From an uncultured Bdellovibrionales bacterium (lineage in GTDB: Bacteria > Bdellovibrionota > Bdellovibrionia > Bdellovibrionales > JAGQZY01): DNA of 57,257 bases. The stretch spans positions 1-57,257 of the forward strand of contig CBDUOS010000002.1 of the NCBI GenBank assembly GCA_965368905.1, read 5' to 3'. Position 1 is the stretch's first letter. The number at the start of each line of letters is the position of its first letter. Under the pieces are notes generated by a model, which did not search any database, had not been told where the DNA came from, and worked only from the letters and a program-made list of their open reading frames with translations. Below, piece by piece: positions 19,834 through 28,128 of the stretch. The translations under genes and the position numbers were made by a program.

Positions 19834-20961
19834 ATGGATATCCTAGAAAATGATGAAACTTTGAAAATGGCCAAGCTCTTGTTTGAGCGTGGTGACATTT
19901 TGCAATGTGTGGATTTGCTGGAAGCCAATCATAGTTCTTATCTTGATAAAGATACGGAGCTTTACTTAGAGTGTACGAACTATTTGCTTCGTGCTTATGC
20001 AGAATTGCAAGACCAGGGCAAAATCCGTGATCTAAAAAACACACTCAATGAATGGGCTTTAGATAGAGGGGAGTTAACTCCGAGAACTTATTACACCTTA
20101 GCATTGTGTGAATCTCAGAATGGTCAGTATGAGGCGGCTTTAGAACTTTGCCGTAAATCCTTATCGCTGGCTCTGGATCAGAATAAAAAAACAGATATTT
20201 GCTACGCGATCACAGGAATGGCCATCAGCTATTATCAGTTGGGGCGCTTGCAAGAAGCTTTGAAAGAGATCTACAATTTGCAGATTTTCTTCGATGCTCT
20301 TCAGTTACCCAAATTACAACTTACTGCTCTGATCGTTAATGCACACATATACCGAAAGCTTGAAAAGTATCCACAAGCCATTGAAGCTTTGTGGAATTGC
20401 TATGAAATGATTAAGGATGAAAAAGATCTTTATACTCACTTCACATTACTCTATGGATTAGGGCTGACCTATAAAGAGAGCGGTGATCTAGAAAAATCTC
20501 GCACTTACCTTGAGCTTGGTGTTCGCTCTATTGATGGCAAGAACATGCGACGATTGCACTTTTTGCTGTCAGAGCTTCTTAAAGAAGTTCAGAAGTCGAG
20601 CAAAAGTCCTTATGACATGGTTTACGATGTGCAATCTCACTCGATTTATGAAAAAACCAAAGGCAAGATTGATTTTAAAAACCAATTTATCCTCCTTGAA
20701 ATGTTAAAACTTTTCTTGGCACACCCTGGTCGTGTGTTTTCAAAAGAGGAGCTGATTGAAACAATTTGGAAACAAAGTTATAACCCAAGTGTTCACGATA
20801 ATAAGATATACGTAACGATCAAACGCTTGAGAAAAGTTATTGAACCTGATTATAACAAGCCTAAATATATTTTCTTGGCGAAGAACGGTTATTACTTAAG
20901 TAAAGATGTAAAAATCCAAGTGCGTGGAATTGAGTCAGCGGTGCGAGAGGAGACACTCTAA
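19834..20961 (+). CDS. Transcriptional regulator: N-terminal TPR-like repeats plus C-terminal OmpR/PhoB-type winged helix, no receiver domain
   Basis: The C-terminus LLEMLKLFLAHPGRVFSKEELIETIWKQSYNPSVHDNKIYVTIKRLRKVIEP matches the trans_reg_C pattern. The N-terminal 270 aa is helical-repeat-like (ALELCRKSLSLA, GRLQEALKEIY). Confidence 0.65.
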   Translation: MDILENDETLKMAKLLFERGDILQCVDLLEANHSSYLDKDTELYLECTNYLLRAYAELQDQGKIRDLKNTLNEWALDRGELTPRTYYTLALCESQNGQYEAALELCRKSLSLALDQNKKTDICYAITGMAISYYQLGRLQEALKEIYNLQIFFDALQLPKLQLTALIVNAHIYRKLEKYPQAIEALWNCYEMIKDEKDLYTHFTLLYGLGLTYKESGDLEKSRTYLELGVRSIDGKNMRRLHFLLSELLKEVQKSSKSPYDMVYDVQSHSIYEKTKGKIDFKNQFILLEMLKLFLAHPGRVFSKEELIETIWKQSYNPSVHDNKIYVTIKRLRKVIEPDYNKPKYIFLAKNGYYLSKDVKIQVRGIESAVREETL

Positions 20962-21554
20962 TGTTTGGAATTTTCAAAAAGGTTGCCCCCATGTTAGTGG
21001 GAATGGCCATTGTTTTAGCGACTTCAGCTTTTTCAGAAATCAATGCCGGTGGTGAAATTCCGTGGCCACTGAGTGTTCAGCACTTGATGACTGTGCAAAA
21101 CTCCAAAGGCCTTTGGAAGCTGGGTGATGGACAACAATCCAAACTCTACAATGTTGAGATGCGTGCAGATACAAGTTCAGGGTACGATTGGATCCGAGTA
21201 TCAGAGCTTGATCCTGAGACTTACCATGTGATTTCTTGGGGAGAGGGTTACTTCTCTCCTGCGCCTGGGCAAAATGCCCAATCGAGCTATTCGGACATCA
21301 GTTTGGATACTCAAATGCAGCAAGATAAAAGGGGGCGATACCTCACAATGTATGCCAACGGTGACCTCTCTAGCCATCCCTACTTGATTCGAATGGTTGA
21401 AGTTGAAACCACTCTTGGTAACGTTCTTGGCCTTTCAATTATTGAGTACGTTGAAAAGAAGTATGACCACTTTCTGGGAACGCGTGAAATGACAGATCCT
21501 TTGAGCTGTTTTGAAAGCGATGATAAGGGTCTGACCTGCTATCTCAACTTATGA
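20961..21554 (+). CDS. Hypothetical secreted protein (197 aa)
   Basis: TAATG junction with the regulator; signal peptide MLVGMAIVLATSAFS. No family recognised. Confidence 0.45.
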   Translation: MFGIFKKVAPMLVGMAIVLATSAFSEINAGGEIPWPLSVQHLMTVQNSKGLWKLGDGQQSKLYNVEMRADTSSGYDWIRVSELDPETYHVISWGEGYFSPAPGQNAQSSYSDISLDTQMQQDKRGRYLTMYANGDLSSHPYLIRMVEVETTLGNVLGLSIIEYVEKKYDHFLGTREMTDPLSCFESDDKGLTCYLNL

Positions 21555-21561
21555 AATATCT

Positions 21562-21583
21562 GGAGGCCTTGATAGGGGCCTCC
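21562..21583 (+). terminator. GC-rich hairpin after the 20961-21554 gene (possible terminator, no U-tract)
   Basis: GGAGGCC (21562-21568) pairs with GGCCTCC (21577-21583) around an 8-nt loop. It is followed by TAAAAAC rather than a T-run. Confidence 0.35.
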
Positions 21584-21683
21584 TAAAAACTTGTAATTTC
21601 AGCTACTTATATAAGTTCGCGTGGCAGTAGATTCCTCTCGACAAAGCTTTCGATTTCATCTATAAACTCAACTTCAAACTTTT

Positions 21684-21759
21684 AGGGCCTTAGCTCAGTT
21701 GGTAGAGCGCCACCCTTACAAGGTGGATGTCATCGGTTCGAACCCGGTAGGCCCTACCA
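21684..21759 (+). tRNA. tRNA-Val: tRNA-Val (anticodon TAC), CCA encoded
   Basis: Hand-folded cloverleaf. Acceptor AGGGCCT/AGGCCCT, D arm GCTC-AGTTGGTA-GAGC, anticodon arm CCACC-CTTACAA-GGTGG, variable loop ATGTC, T arm ATCGG-TTCGAAC-CCGGT, discriminator A plus CCA. 76 nt. Confidence 0.9.
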
Positions 21760-21777
21760 TTTTTCTTTTCACCACCC

Positions 21778-21955
21778 CTGTTCGAACGAGTTCTTCCCTT
21801 TTTTAAGAAAAATGCTGATGTTGGTCGGCCGCGTGGTCGGCCTCCGGTTTTTTCTTTTTATCGCGGCTGTTCGAGTGAGTTCTTCCCTTTTTTAAGAAAA
21901 ATGTTGATATTGGTCGACCGCGATGGTGGTCTTCGGGTTTTCTTTTCGCTACAGT
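21778..21955. repeat. Tandem direct repeat, 2 copies of about 89 bp
   Basis: Copy 1 starts at 21778 (ctgttcgaacgagttcttcccttttttaagaaaaatgctgatgttggtcggccgcg...). Copy 2 starts at 21867 (ctgttcgagtgagttcttcccttttttaagaaaaatgttgatattggtcgaccgcg...). The first 56 nt differ at 5 positions, and the remainder is more diverged. Confidence 0.85.
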
Positions 21956-21974
21956 TCTTATGTGTTCGTGTTTT

Positions 21975-22232
21975 TTAGTTGATGAGGTCGACGTGACCGG
22001 CGTGGGGTAGATGCTTTTCGCCATTGTGGATGTAGACCGTGTTGGTTCCGGCGGTTTCAGAATCGTGTCCGCAGTTGGAGCCATGTTTGTGTGAGTGACC
22101 GAAAACGGTTTGATGTCGACTGATGTTGGAACTGACTTCACGGTTGGCAGACTCGTTGTTATTTTGTGAGTTGGGTCCAGTGGAACAACTGACGACGAAA
22201 CAGATTGTACAAAGTACGGTTAATAGCCTCAT
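21975..22232 (-). CDS. Small histidine-rich lipoprotein (85 aa), putative metal-binding
   Basis: ATG at 22232 with a GGGAGA SD. Signal peptide MRLLTVLCTICFVVSC (lipobox VVSC). The mature part has 9 His in about 60 aa (GHSHKHGSNCGHD, HNGEKHLPHAGHVD). The track's longer start at 22259 lacks an SD. Confidence 0.6.
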   Translation of the reverse strand: MRLLTVLCTICFVVSCSTGPNSQNNNESANREVSSNISRHQTVFGHSHKHGSNCGHDSETAGTNTVYIHNGEKHLPHAGHVDLIN

Positions 22233-22369
22233 AGTTTCTCCCTTATAGTGCACACTCACATTTTAGTAAGATCTAGAGACATTGCAAATTAATCAGCAAA
22301 AGAACTAGACCCTAATGAATTTACAATGAAGACGAGGGGACGTCTACACCAGTGGCCAATGAGTCTTGG

Positions 22370-23902
22370 CTACTTGGCTTTGAGATCCCTAAAATATCGA
22401 ACTTCGGGGAGGTAGTCGTAGCCAAATGTTGTCCCCAGATTGTAGTTCCATTTAGGAAAATAGAGTTCGTTATAGTCGTCTAATTTTGCTTTAAGAATCC
22501 AGAAACCTGGATTCACTTCTTCGTAGTTTTTATGTAAAAAGATTATCAGGTTGGGACCACCAATTCTTAGTTTAGGTGTGTAGACAACAATCTCTGGTTT
22601 ATATTGCTCTAAAGATTTCGTCGTATTGGCGTTACCTTCTGGGTCACTGGGACCATAAAACGCAAGAACGTTATTGGCGCGTGGAACGATGCCAGTAGAA
22701 TCAAAAATTCGCCACTCGGGTAAGTGCTCTAGAATCAAATTCAGGTGTTCGGTATGGCCGAACTGAACTTTGTTCGTATGCCACCAGCTATTGTAAAAAG
22801 TCATATGTAATGGGAGCCAAAATAGAATTAAAACAATGGCGCACTTAATTTTTATAGAATGTATTGCTTCCAATACAAATAAAATGGGGAGTGCTAAAAA
22901 GGGCAATAGAGCCGCAATAAAATAATCCCATCGACTTGGATGGAAACAAAGAGTTGCAAGGCTGAGGAAAAATAAAACCATTGTGATTTTGCGTCTTCCT
23001 TTAGGGTCTTCTTTTCTCTTTAAAAAATAGAGACTCATTCCAATCAAAATTAAAAAGTATTGCGCAAAATTAATTTCTAAGCTTCTCAAAACTGCGCTGA
23101 AATTTTCAAATGTCCATGAGTTAGCAAAACTATGGGTATAGAAGTTGAGAGCGAAGAAGTATGCATCTTCTGGAAAGCCGATAAAAAGGTCTACAGCTAG
23201 AATCGAAATCATTAAAAGAATAAGTGTTACAGCAATGGAGTAGATAGAATTGAATACGAGGCGAAGGAAAGGCATTTTTTGCCGGTTAACAACAAGGTAC
23301 AATATTATGAGCCACGCAACCCAATATACAGATTTAGGGGTGGATAGGAACATTAGGAATATGAGGAGCGGAATGTAAGGATCGATCCGTAAGCGGAAAA
23401 ACTGTAGGGTTTTTGGGTTAAGAATTTTTTGGGCCGCGATTAGAAAAAAACTGAGGGCCAAAAAGTCAGAGCGTACTCGAAAAAAATTGTAAAAAAAGAC
23501 ATGGAAACTAAATAGAAGACCACAGTAAAAAAAAGTGGTGGAGCGTTTCCATTGTAAATTGCGTATGAGTTGATAAATAAGACAGAGGTTCACTAGCGCA
23601 AGGATCCCAAAAATTCCCCGTGCCACGAGTAAGTGTTCAATATTATCAAGGGGAAGAAAGTATGGAATTTTTAGGATGAAATAGAAGAGAGGGCGAACGT
23701 AGACGGTTGATGCGTCCCAGGCGGACACTCCTAATCGTTGCCCTGAGGCAATGGACCATAGCTCTGAGTGTGAAATAAAGTTTGTGAGGCTTAGGTACAT
23801 GAATAGGGCAAACGGGGGGAGTAAAAACCAAAACGATTTTATATCACTCCAGAAGACGCTGAAATATCGATGAATTTGTTTCTTAAAGATATCTCTCTCC
23901 AC
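22370..23902 (-). CDS. Polytopic membrane protein, GT-C (ArnT/PMT-like) glycosyltransferase fold suspected
   Basis: 510 aa with at least 10 hydrophobic segments and a soluble C-terminal domain. The first loop, WDASTVYVRPLFYF, resembles the GT-C acceptor loop. The assignment is from topology only. Confidence 0.45.
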   Translation of the reverse strand: MERDIFKKQIHRYFSVFWSDIKSFWFLLPPFALFMYLSLTNFISHSELWSIASGQRLGVSAWDASTVYVRPLFYFILKIPYFLPLDNIEHLLVARGIFGILALVNLCLIYQLIRNLQWKRSTTFFYCGLLFSFHVFFYNFFRVRSDFLALSFFLIAAQKILNPKTLQFFRLRIDPYIPLLIFLMFLSTPKSVYWVAWLIILYLVVNRQKMPFLRLVFNSIYSIAVTLILLMISILAVDLFIGFPEDAYFFALNFYTHSFANSWTFENFSAVLRSLEINFAQYFLILIGMSLYFLKRKEDPKGRRKITMVLFFLSLATLCFHPSRWDYFIAALLPFLALPILFVLEAIHSIKIKCAIVLILFWLPLHMTFYNSWWHTNKVQFGHTEHLNLILEHLPEWRIFDSTGIVPRANNVLAFYGPSDPEGNANTTKSLEQYKPEIVVYTPKLRIGGPNLIIFLHKNYEEVNPGFWILKAKLDDYNELYFPKWNYNLGTTFGYDYLPEVRYFRDLKAK

Positions 23903-23944
23903 TTTGTCTTGTATTCAGTCTCTATTTGTCTTATGAGGGAGTCA

Positions 23945-24586
23945 ATGATGAATGACCTATTGAAAGTTGATCCAGAGTTACGAGATGAAGTTTGGGAAGG
24001 CCAGTTTTTTGAGGAATTCCTCAAATGCCAACTCGAGTTTTTAAGTCAGAGCCCTATAGAAGGCCCTGACGGAATGCCTTATTTGGCGGTGAAAGTGGCT
24101 GAAAGCGGTGAACCTTGTGTCAAAGTCCTTGATTGGTTGGGAGAAAAAGGAGTGGGGCTAGCGGTAAACCCGGACCAAGAATCGCCTGATTATGTTTTTT
24201 CTTATGGCATGATCTGGAACTATCTTCTAAATGGAGAGTTTCTTACCGTAACTGAGGCGGAGTTTTCTGGTGAACGTGAGATGGAAGTTAGCCCAGGGCA
24301 AGAAATGATGGCCGGGACTCCCAGCGATTCGTATTGGCCACCCCATGTCCGCGTTCTTTTTAAAGAGTTCTTGAGCCAACAAGGTGTGCACAATGGACGC
24401 GTTGTGATGCTCTCACAAGACGAAAAAAACTACGATTTGTGTTTTTCTCTTGAGTCGTTAGGCAATCCGCCACAAGAAGAATGGCAGGGAATCTTAGAGG
24501 GTTTTTCATGGTTTTTCCCGATGCACTATTCGTTTTCGATTATTAGCGAGAAGTCCATTCAAGGTATTGATTTTACTGATGTTTAA
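23945..24586 (+). CDS. Hypothetical acidic cytoplasmic protein
   Basis: ATG at 23945/23948 preceded by GAGGGAG. The track start at 23870 would overlap the divergent 22370-23902 gene. No family recognised. Confidence 0.5.
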   Translation: MMNDLLKVDPELRDEVWEGQFFEEFLKCQLEFLSQSPIEGPDGMPYLAVKVAESGEPCVKVLDWLGEKGVGLAVNPDQESPDYVFSYGMIWNYLLNGEFLTVTEAEFSGEREMEVSPGQEMMAGTPSDSYWPPHVRVLFKEFLSQQGVHNGRVVMLSQDEKNYDLCFSLESLGNPPQEEWQGILEGFSWFFPMHYSFSIISEKSIQGIDFTDV

Positions 24587-24661
24587 AGAGGTGACAAGGG
24601 CGCTCTGATTTTGTAGCTTATGAGAGCTTTAGACCACATCAAAAGCCTCGGGGGACCTTCT

Positions 24662-25660
24662 ATGAAATCGATCACCATTCTGATTTTCAGCCTATTTCTC
24701 ACCCTAGTCGGATGCACCAGACAGAACAATGAAAACGAAGTCTGGATTTATACCTCTCTCTATAAAGACACGATTGCCGATATTGAGCCAAAACTCGCAA
24801 AAGCTTTTCCTGACTTAGACATTCGATTCTACCAAGCGGGTTCTGAAGAGATCGCGGCAAAAGTGAACGCCGAAATTCTTGCGGGTGGAACCAATGCCGA
24901 CATTTTGATTTCATCGGATCGATTTTGGTATGAAGAGATGGCGAACAGCGGCATGTTGCACGTCTATCAAAATGAACAAACGCAAAAGATTCCAGCTGAC
25001 TTGAAACATGCTGAAGGTCTTTATACGACACTCAGTATTCCTGTTATGGTATTGGCTTATAATACAGAAGCGCTTTCCGATGGCTCAGCACCATCGACCT
25101 TTAAAGAAATGGTGTCTGATAAATGGAAAGGTAAATTCAGTACGGGTAGCCCGCTCTCTTCGGGGACGAATTTCACTACAGTCGCCTTTTTGTCAAAAGC
25201 CTATGGTTGGGATTATTTCAAAAAACTTCAGGCGAACGGAACGATTAGTGAGGGTGGCAACTCGGCCGTGATTCGTCGGATACAAAATCAGGAACGCCCA
25301 GTTGGGTGGGTTTTGTTGGAAAATATTTTGAGATACCAAGATCAAAAGACTTCGATCAAAACAGTGTTTCCAACAGATGGAGTCGTTCTTCACAACAACG
25401 TTCTTGCAGTCACGAAGAAGAAGAAGAGCCGTGAAAATGCGGTGAAGGTCGCCAATTGGCTATTTGGCAATGAAGGCCAGGCCGCGATGACTCGCTCTTT
25501 TATGTATTCACCCTTTCCTGATTTTCAGGTACCAAAAGGAGCCCCTTCTTTTGCGCAAATTCATAAAAACTCTTTTCAGTGGACTGATGAATTTGTTCGT
25601 GAGGTTGTAAAGAACAGATCGCAAATAAAAGAAAAATTTGCAGAAATCATGTTTAACTAA
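24662..25660 (+). CDS. ABC transporter substrate-binding lipoprotein (Fe3+/thiamine, FbpA/ThiB-type family)
   Basis: GGGGGA SD; signal peptide with lipobox LVGC. The N-terminal lobe pattern EVWIYTSLYKD...FYQAGSEEIAAKV...NADILISSD is typical of this SBP family. Confidence 0.75.
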   Translation: MKSITILIFSLFLTLVGCTRQNNENEVWIYTSLYKDTIADIEPKLAKAFPDLDIRFYQAGSEEIAAKVNAEILAGGTNADILISSDRFWYEEMANSGMLHVYQNEQTQKIPADLKHAEGLYTTLSIPVMVLAYNTEALSDGSAPSTFKEMVSDKWKGKFSTGSPLSSGTNFTTVAFLSKAYGWDYFKKLQANGTISEGGNSAVIRRIQNQERPVGWVLLENILRYQDQKTSIKTVFPTDGVVLHNNVLAVTKKKKSRENAVKVANWLFGNEGQAAMTRSFMYSPFPDFQVPKGAPSFAQIHKNSFQWTDEFVREVVKNRSQIKEKFAEIMFN

Positions 25661-25668
25661 CTGATCTT

Positions 25669-27360
25669 ATGGTGGTGGGAAGAATTCAAAAAATAATTAA
25701 AGGTAATGACTGGGGGCAAAGTCTTATTCTTGGCTTATCCCTACTCTTTTTATTTACTTTCTGCATCTACCCATTCAGTGTTCTTATTTTTAAAGTCTTG
25801 TTTCCGTCTGGGTCTTTCAGTTTAAAATTTATAGAATCTGTTCTTTCCCACTCTGGTGCAATCAAAGCTTTTACTAACACAGGTATTGTTTCTCTCTGTA
25901 TCACAGTTCTTTCAGTTCTTATGGCGGTCCCCGTGGGTTGGGTTTTGTCGCGAACAGATTTACCTAAGGCCAAAGCTTTTCGTTCATGGTTCTGCCTCCC
26001 TTATGCGATTCCTCCTTATGTTGGCGCTATGGCTTGGATCTATTTGGCAAATCCTACAACGGGGATTCTCAATCAATGGCTCGGAGGATCTTATTTTAAT
26101 GTCTACTCCTATGTGGGATTGATTTGGGTTGAAGCTTCATTTTTATACACATTTGTACTGCTGGCTGTTTTAACCTCTTTAGATCGAATGGACCCTTCCC
26201 TGGAGGAAGCGGCTCGATTGTCAGGAGCTTCACCCTGGCAAGTCTTTAGCAAAATAACCTTGCCGTTAATCCGGCCGGCAATCACCAGTGGTGGTGTTCT
26301 TGTGGCTCTTGCTGCTGCGGCCAGTTTTGGTGTACCCGCTTTAATTGGTAATCCGGCTAAAATCTATTTGGTAACCACTCAAATTTATACCTTTCAGAAA
26401 ATGGGGTCCATGCAAGGGCTTTTTCAAGCCGGGGCCTTGTCAATTTTATTGTTAGTTGTGGCCTTGTTCTTACTCTTTCTCAATCAAAGATTGAACAAGG
26501 GGAGGCAGTATCGCATCGTTAGTGGCAAAACCAGCCGACCCAGCGAAATTGAATTGGGGCGATTGAAGATTCCCAGTCTGGTGGGTTTGGTGTTCTTGTT
26601 GTTTGTTTTGTTTATCCTGCCAATGGCTGGAATTACTTACACGGCTTTTAGTTCAATGCCAGGAAGTGAATCCTCGCTTTTGGGGCTGACGAATTTCCAA
26701 AAAGTTTTTTTAGAAATGAATGAAACGGGAAGAGCCATTGGAAATTCGCTATACTTAGCGACGATGGCCGCAACCTTTGCGACCTTGCTGGCGATTTTTC
26801 TCTCTTATATGCAATGGAAGACCAAATTAAAAGGGCGCCACCTTTTGGAAATTTCAGCTTCATTTCCATACTCTATACCGGGCACAGTTGTGGCTTTGGC
26901 TCTGATTTTGGCATTCAGTCGCGGAATTTTTGGAATTGGTCCGTCTTTGTACAACACTTTCACTTTATTAGGGTTGGCTTACTTGATTAAGTTTTTGAGT
27001 CTGGCAATGAAAACAATTGGTGATGGTTTTGGACAAATAGATGACAGCCTAGCTGAAGCAGCCAGAGTGTCTGGTGCGAACTGGGTAATGACGATGAAAA
27101 GAATTTGGTTACCACTGATGAAACCTTCGGTGATCGCCGCCTGGTTTCTGATCTTTATGCCGGCCTTCAGCGAATTGACTATGACGGTCTTATTGTCTGG
27201 TCCCGGGATTGAAACACTGGGAACATTGATTTTTCAGTTGCAACAGTACGCCGACCCGACGGGAGGAGCTTCTGCCGTCTTGGCGCTATTGGTGGTAACG
27301 GTGGTTTTAATTATCAATGGCCTCGTTAAGTATGCCTCCAAGGGAAAGTATGGGTTGTAA
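25669..27360 (+). CDS. ABC transporter permease, duplicated (two BPD_transp_1-like halves; FbpB/ThiP-type)
   Basis: 563 aa, about 12 TM helices, with two EAA-loop-like motifs: LEEAARLSGASPWQVFSKITLPL and LAEAARVSGANWVMTMKRIWLPL. Confidence 0.85.
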   Translation: MVVGRIQKIIKGNDWGQSLILGLSLLFLFTFCIYPFSVLIFKVLFPSGSFSLKFIESVLSHSGAIKAFTNTGIVSLCITVLSVLMAVPVGWVLSRTDLPKAKAFRSWFCLPYAIPPYVGAMAWIYLANPTTGILNQWLGGSYFNVYSYVGLIWVEASFLYTFVLLAVLTSLDRMDPSLEEAARLSGASPWQVFSKITLPLIRPAITSGGVLVALAAAASFGVPALIGNPAKIYLVTTQIYTFQKMGSMQGLFQAGALSILLLVVALFLLFLNQRLNKGRQYRIVSGKTSRPSEIELGRLKIPSLVGLVFLLFVLFILPMAGITYTAFSSMPGSESSLLGLTNFQKVFLEMNETGRAIGNSLYLATMAATFATLLAIFLSYMQWKTKLKGRHLLEISASFPYSIPGTVVALALILAFSRGIFGIGPSLYNTFTLLGLAYLIKFLSLAMKTIGDGFGQIDDSLAEAARVSGANWVMTMKRIWLPLMKPSVIAAWFLIFMPAFSELTMTVLLSGPGIETLGTLIFQLQQYADPTGGASAVLALLVVTVVLIINGLVKYASKGKYGL

Positions 27361-27370
27361 AAGGTGATTT

Positions 27371-28096
27371 ATGAGTGACGTAGAGTTTGTGAATGTAGGA
27401 AAAGCGTACGGTAGCACAGAAGTCGTTAAGGACTTCAGCTTTCAAGTGTACGATGGTGAGTTTGTTGCTTTTCTTGGCCCTTCGGGTTGTGGGAAGACCA
27501 CATGCTTGCGAATGATTGCAGGGCTTGAGAGAAACACTTCAGGCATGATCAATATTGGTGACAAAAAAATGTCAGACCCAGGAAAGAATGTTTTTGTTCC
27601 CCCGGAAAAACGTAAAGTGGGAATGGTGTTTCAATCCTATGCCGTTTGGCCACATATGAATGTGTATGACAATATTGCATTTCCTCTTAAAGTGGCAAAG
27701 CTTCAGGCCTCTGAGATCAAAGAGAGAGTGGACAATGTGATGAAGACTGTGGAGCTTGACGGATTGGGTGGGCGCCAGCCCAATCAGCTAAGCGGGGGGC
27801 AACAGCAAAGGGTCGCCCTAGCAAGAGGCTTGGTGGCTGAGCCGGATGTTCTCTTGCTCGACGAGCCGCTCTCAAATTTGGATGCGAAATTGCGAGAAAA
27901 AATGCGTCGTGATATTCGTAAGATTCAAAAAGATAGAAAAATAACAGTTGTGTACGTGACCCATGATCAAATCGAGGCCACCGAAATGAGTGACAGAATG
28001 CTCATCATGAACAAAGGCAAGATCGTACAGGCTGGAACTCCGCAAGAGGTGAAAATCAATCCAGCGAATGACTTTGTGGCAGATTTCCTAAGTTAG
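27371..28096 (+). CDS. ABC transporter ATP-binding protein (short form, no C-terminal TOBE-like domain)
   Basis: GPSGCGKTT, LSGGQQQRVALARGL, LLLDEPLSNLD. Only 241 aa. Confidence 0.9.
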   Translation: MSDVEFVNVGKAYGSTEVVKDFSFQVYDGEFVAFLGPSGCGKTTCLRMIAGLERNTSGMINIGDKKMSDPGKNVFVPPEKRKVGMVFQSYAVWPHMNVYDNIAFPLKVAKLQASEIKERVDNVMKTVELDGLGGRQPNQLSGGQQQRVALARGLVAEPDVLLLDEPLSNLDAKLREKMRRDIRKIQKDRKITVVYVTHDQIEATEMSDRMLIMNKGKIVQAGTPQEVKINPANDFVADFLS

Positions 28097-28128
28097 TGAT
28101 CACTAAGAAAATTCATGTTGTGAAAGGT

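Noticed and set aside
21814-21975. Two 25-27-codon ATG ORFs, one per repeat unit (MLMLVGRVVGLRFFLFIAAVRVSSSLF and MLILVDRDGGLRVFFSLQFLCVRVF), considered as tandem type I toxin-like peptides
   Set aside because: There is no SD, the peptides are poorly conserved between copies even though the DNA is conserved, and they are not clearly transmembrane. This is kept only as a remark under the repeat finding.
21803-22141. 112-aa minus-strand ORF running through the tandem repeats and overlapping the His-rich lipoprotein gene
   Set aside because: Its sequence is just the repeat translated twice (KRKPEDHH.. / KKKPEADH..). It has no SD and overlaps a better-supported CDS in another frame.
21684-28096. 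tRNA-Val as the integration site of a genomic island (GTTCGAAC echoes in the repeats as att remnants)
   Set aside because: No integrase, excisionase or transposase occurs anywhere in the window. The shared string is only 8 nt. The unusual block starts about 6 kb away, after ordinary-looking genes, and ends fused to nadA.
28093-28106. Perfect 14-bp palindrome TTAGTGATCACTAA spanning the ABC ATPase stop codon
   Set aside because: The stem is too short and AT-rich, and there is no U-tract, so I cannot call it a terminator. It could be an operator, but there is no second copy or other supporting context.
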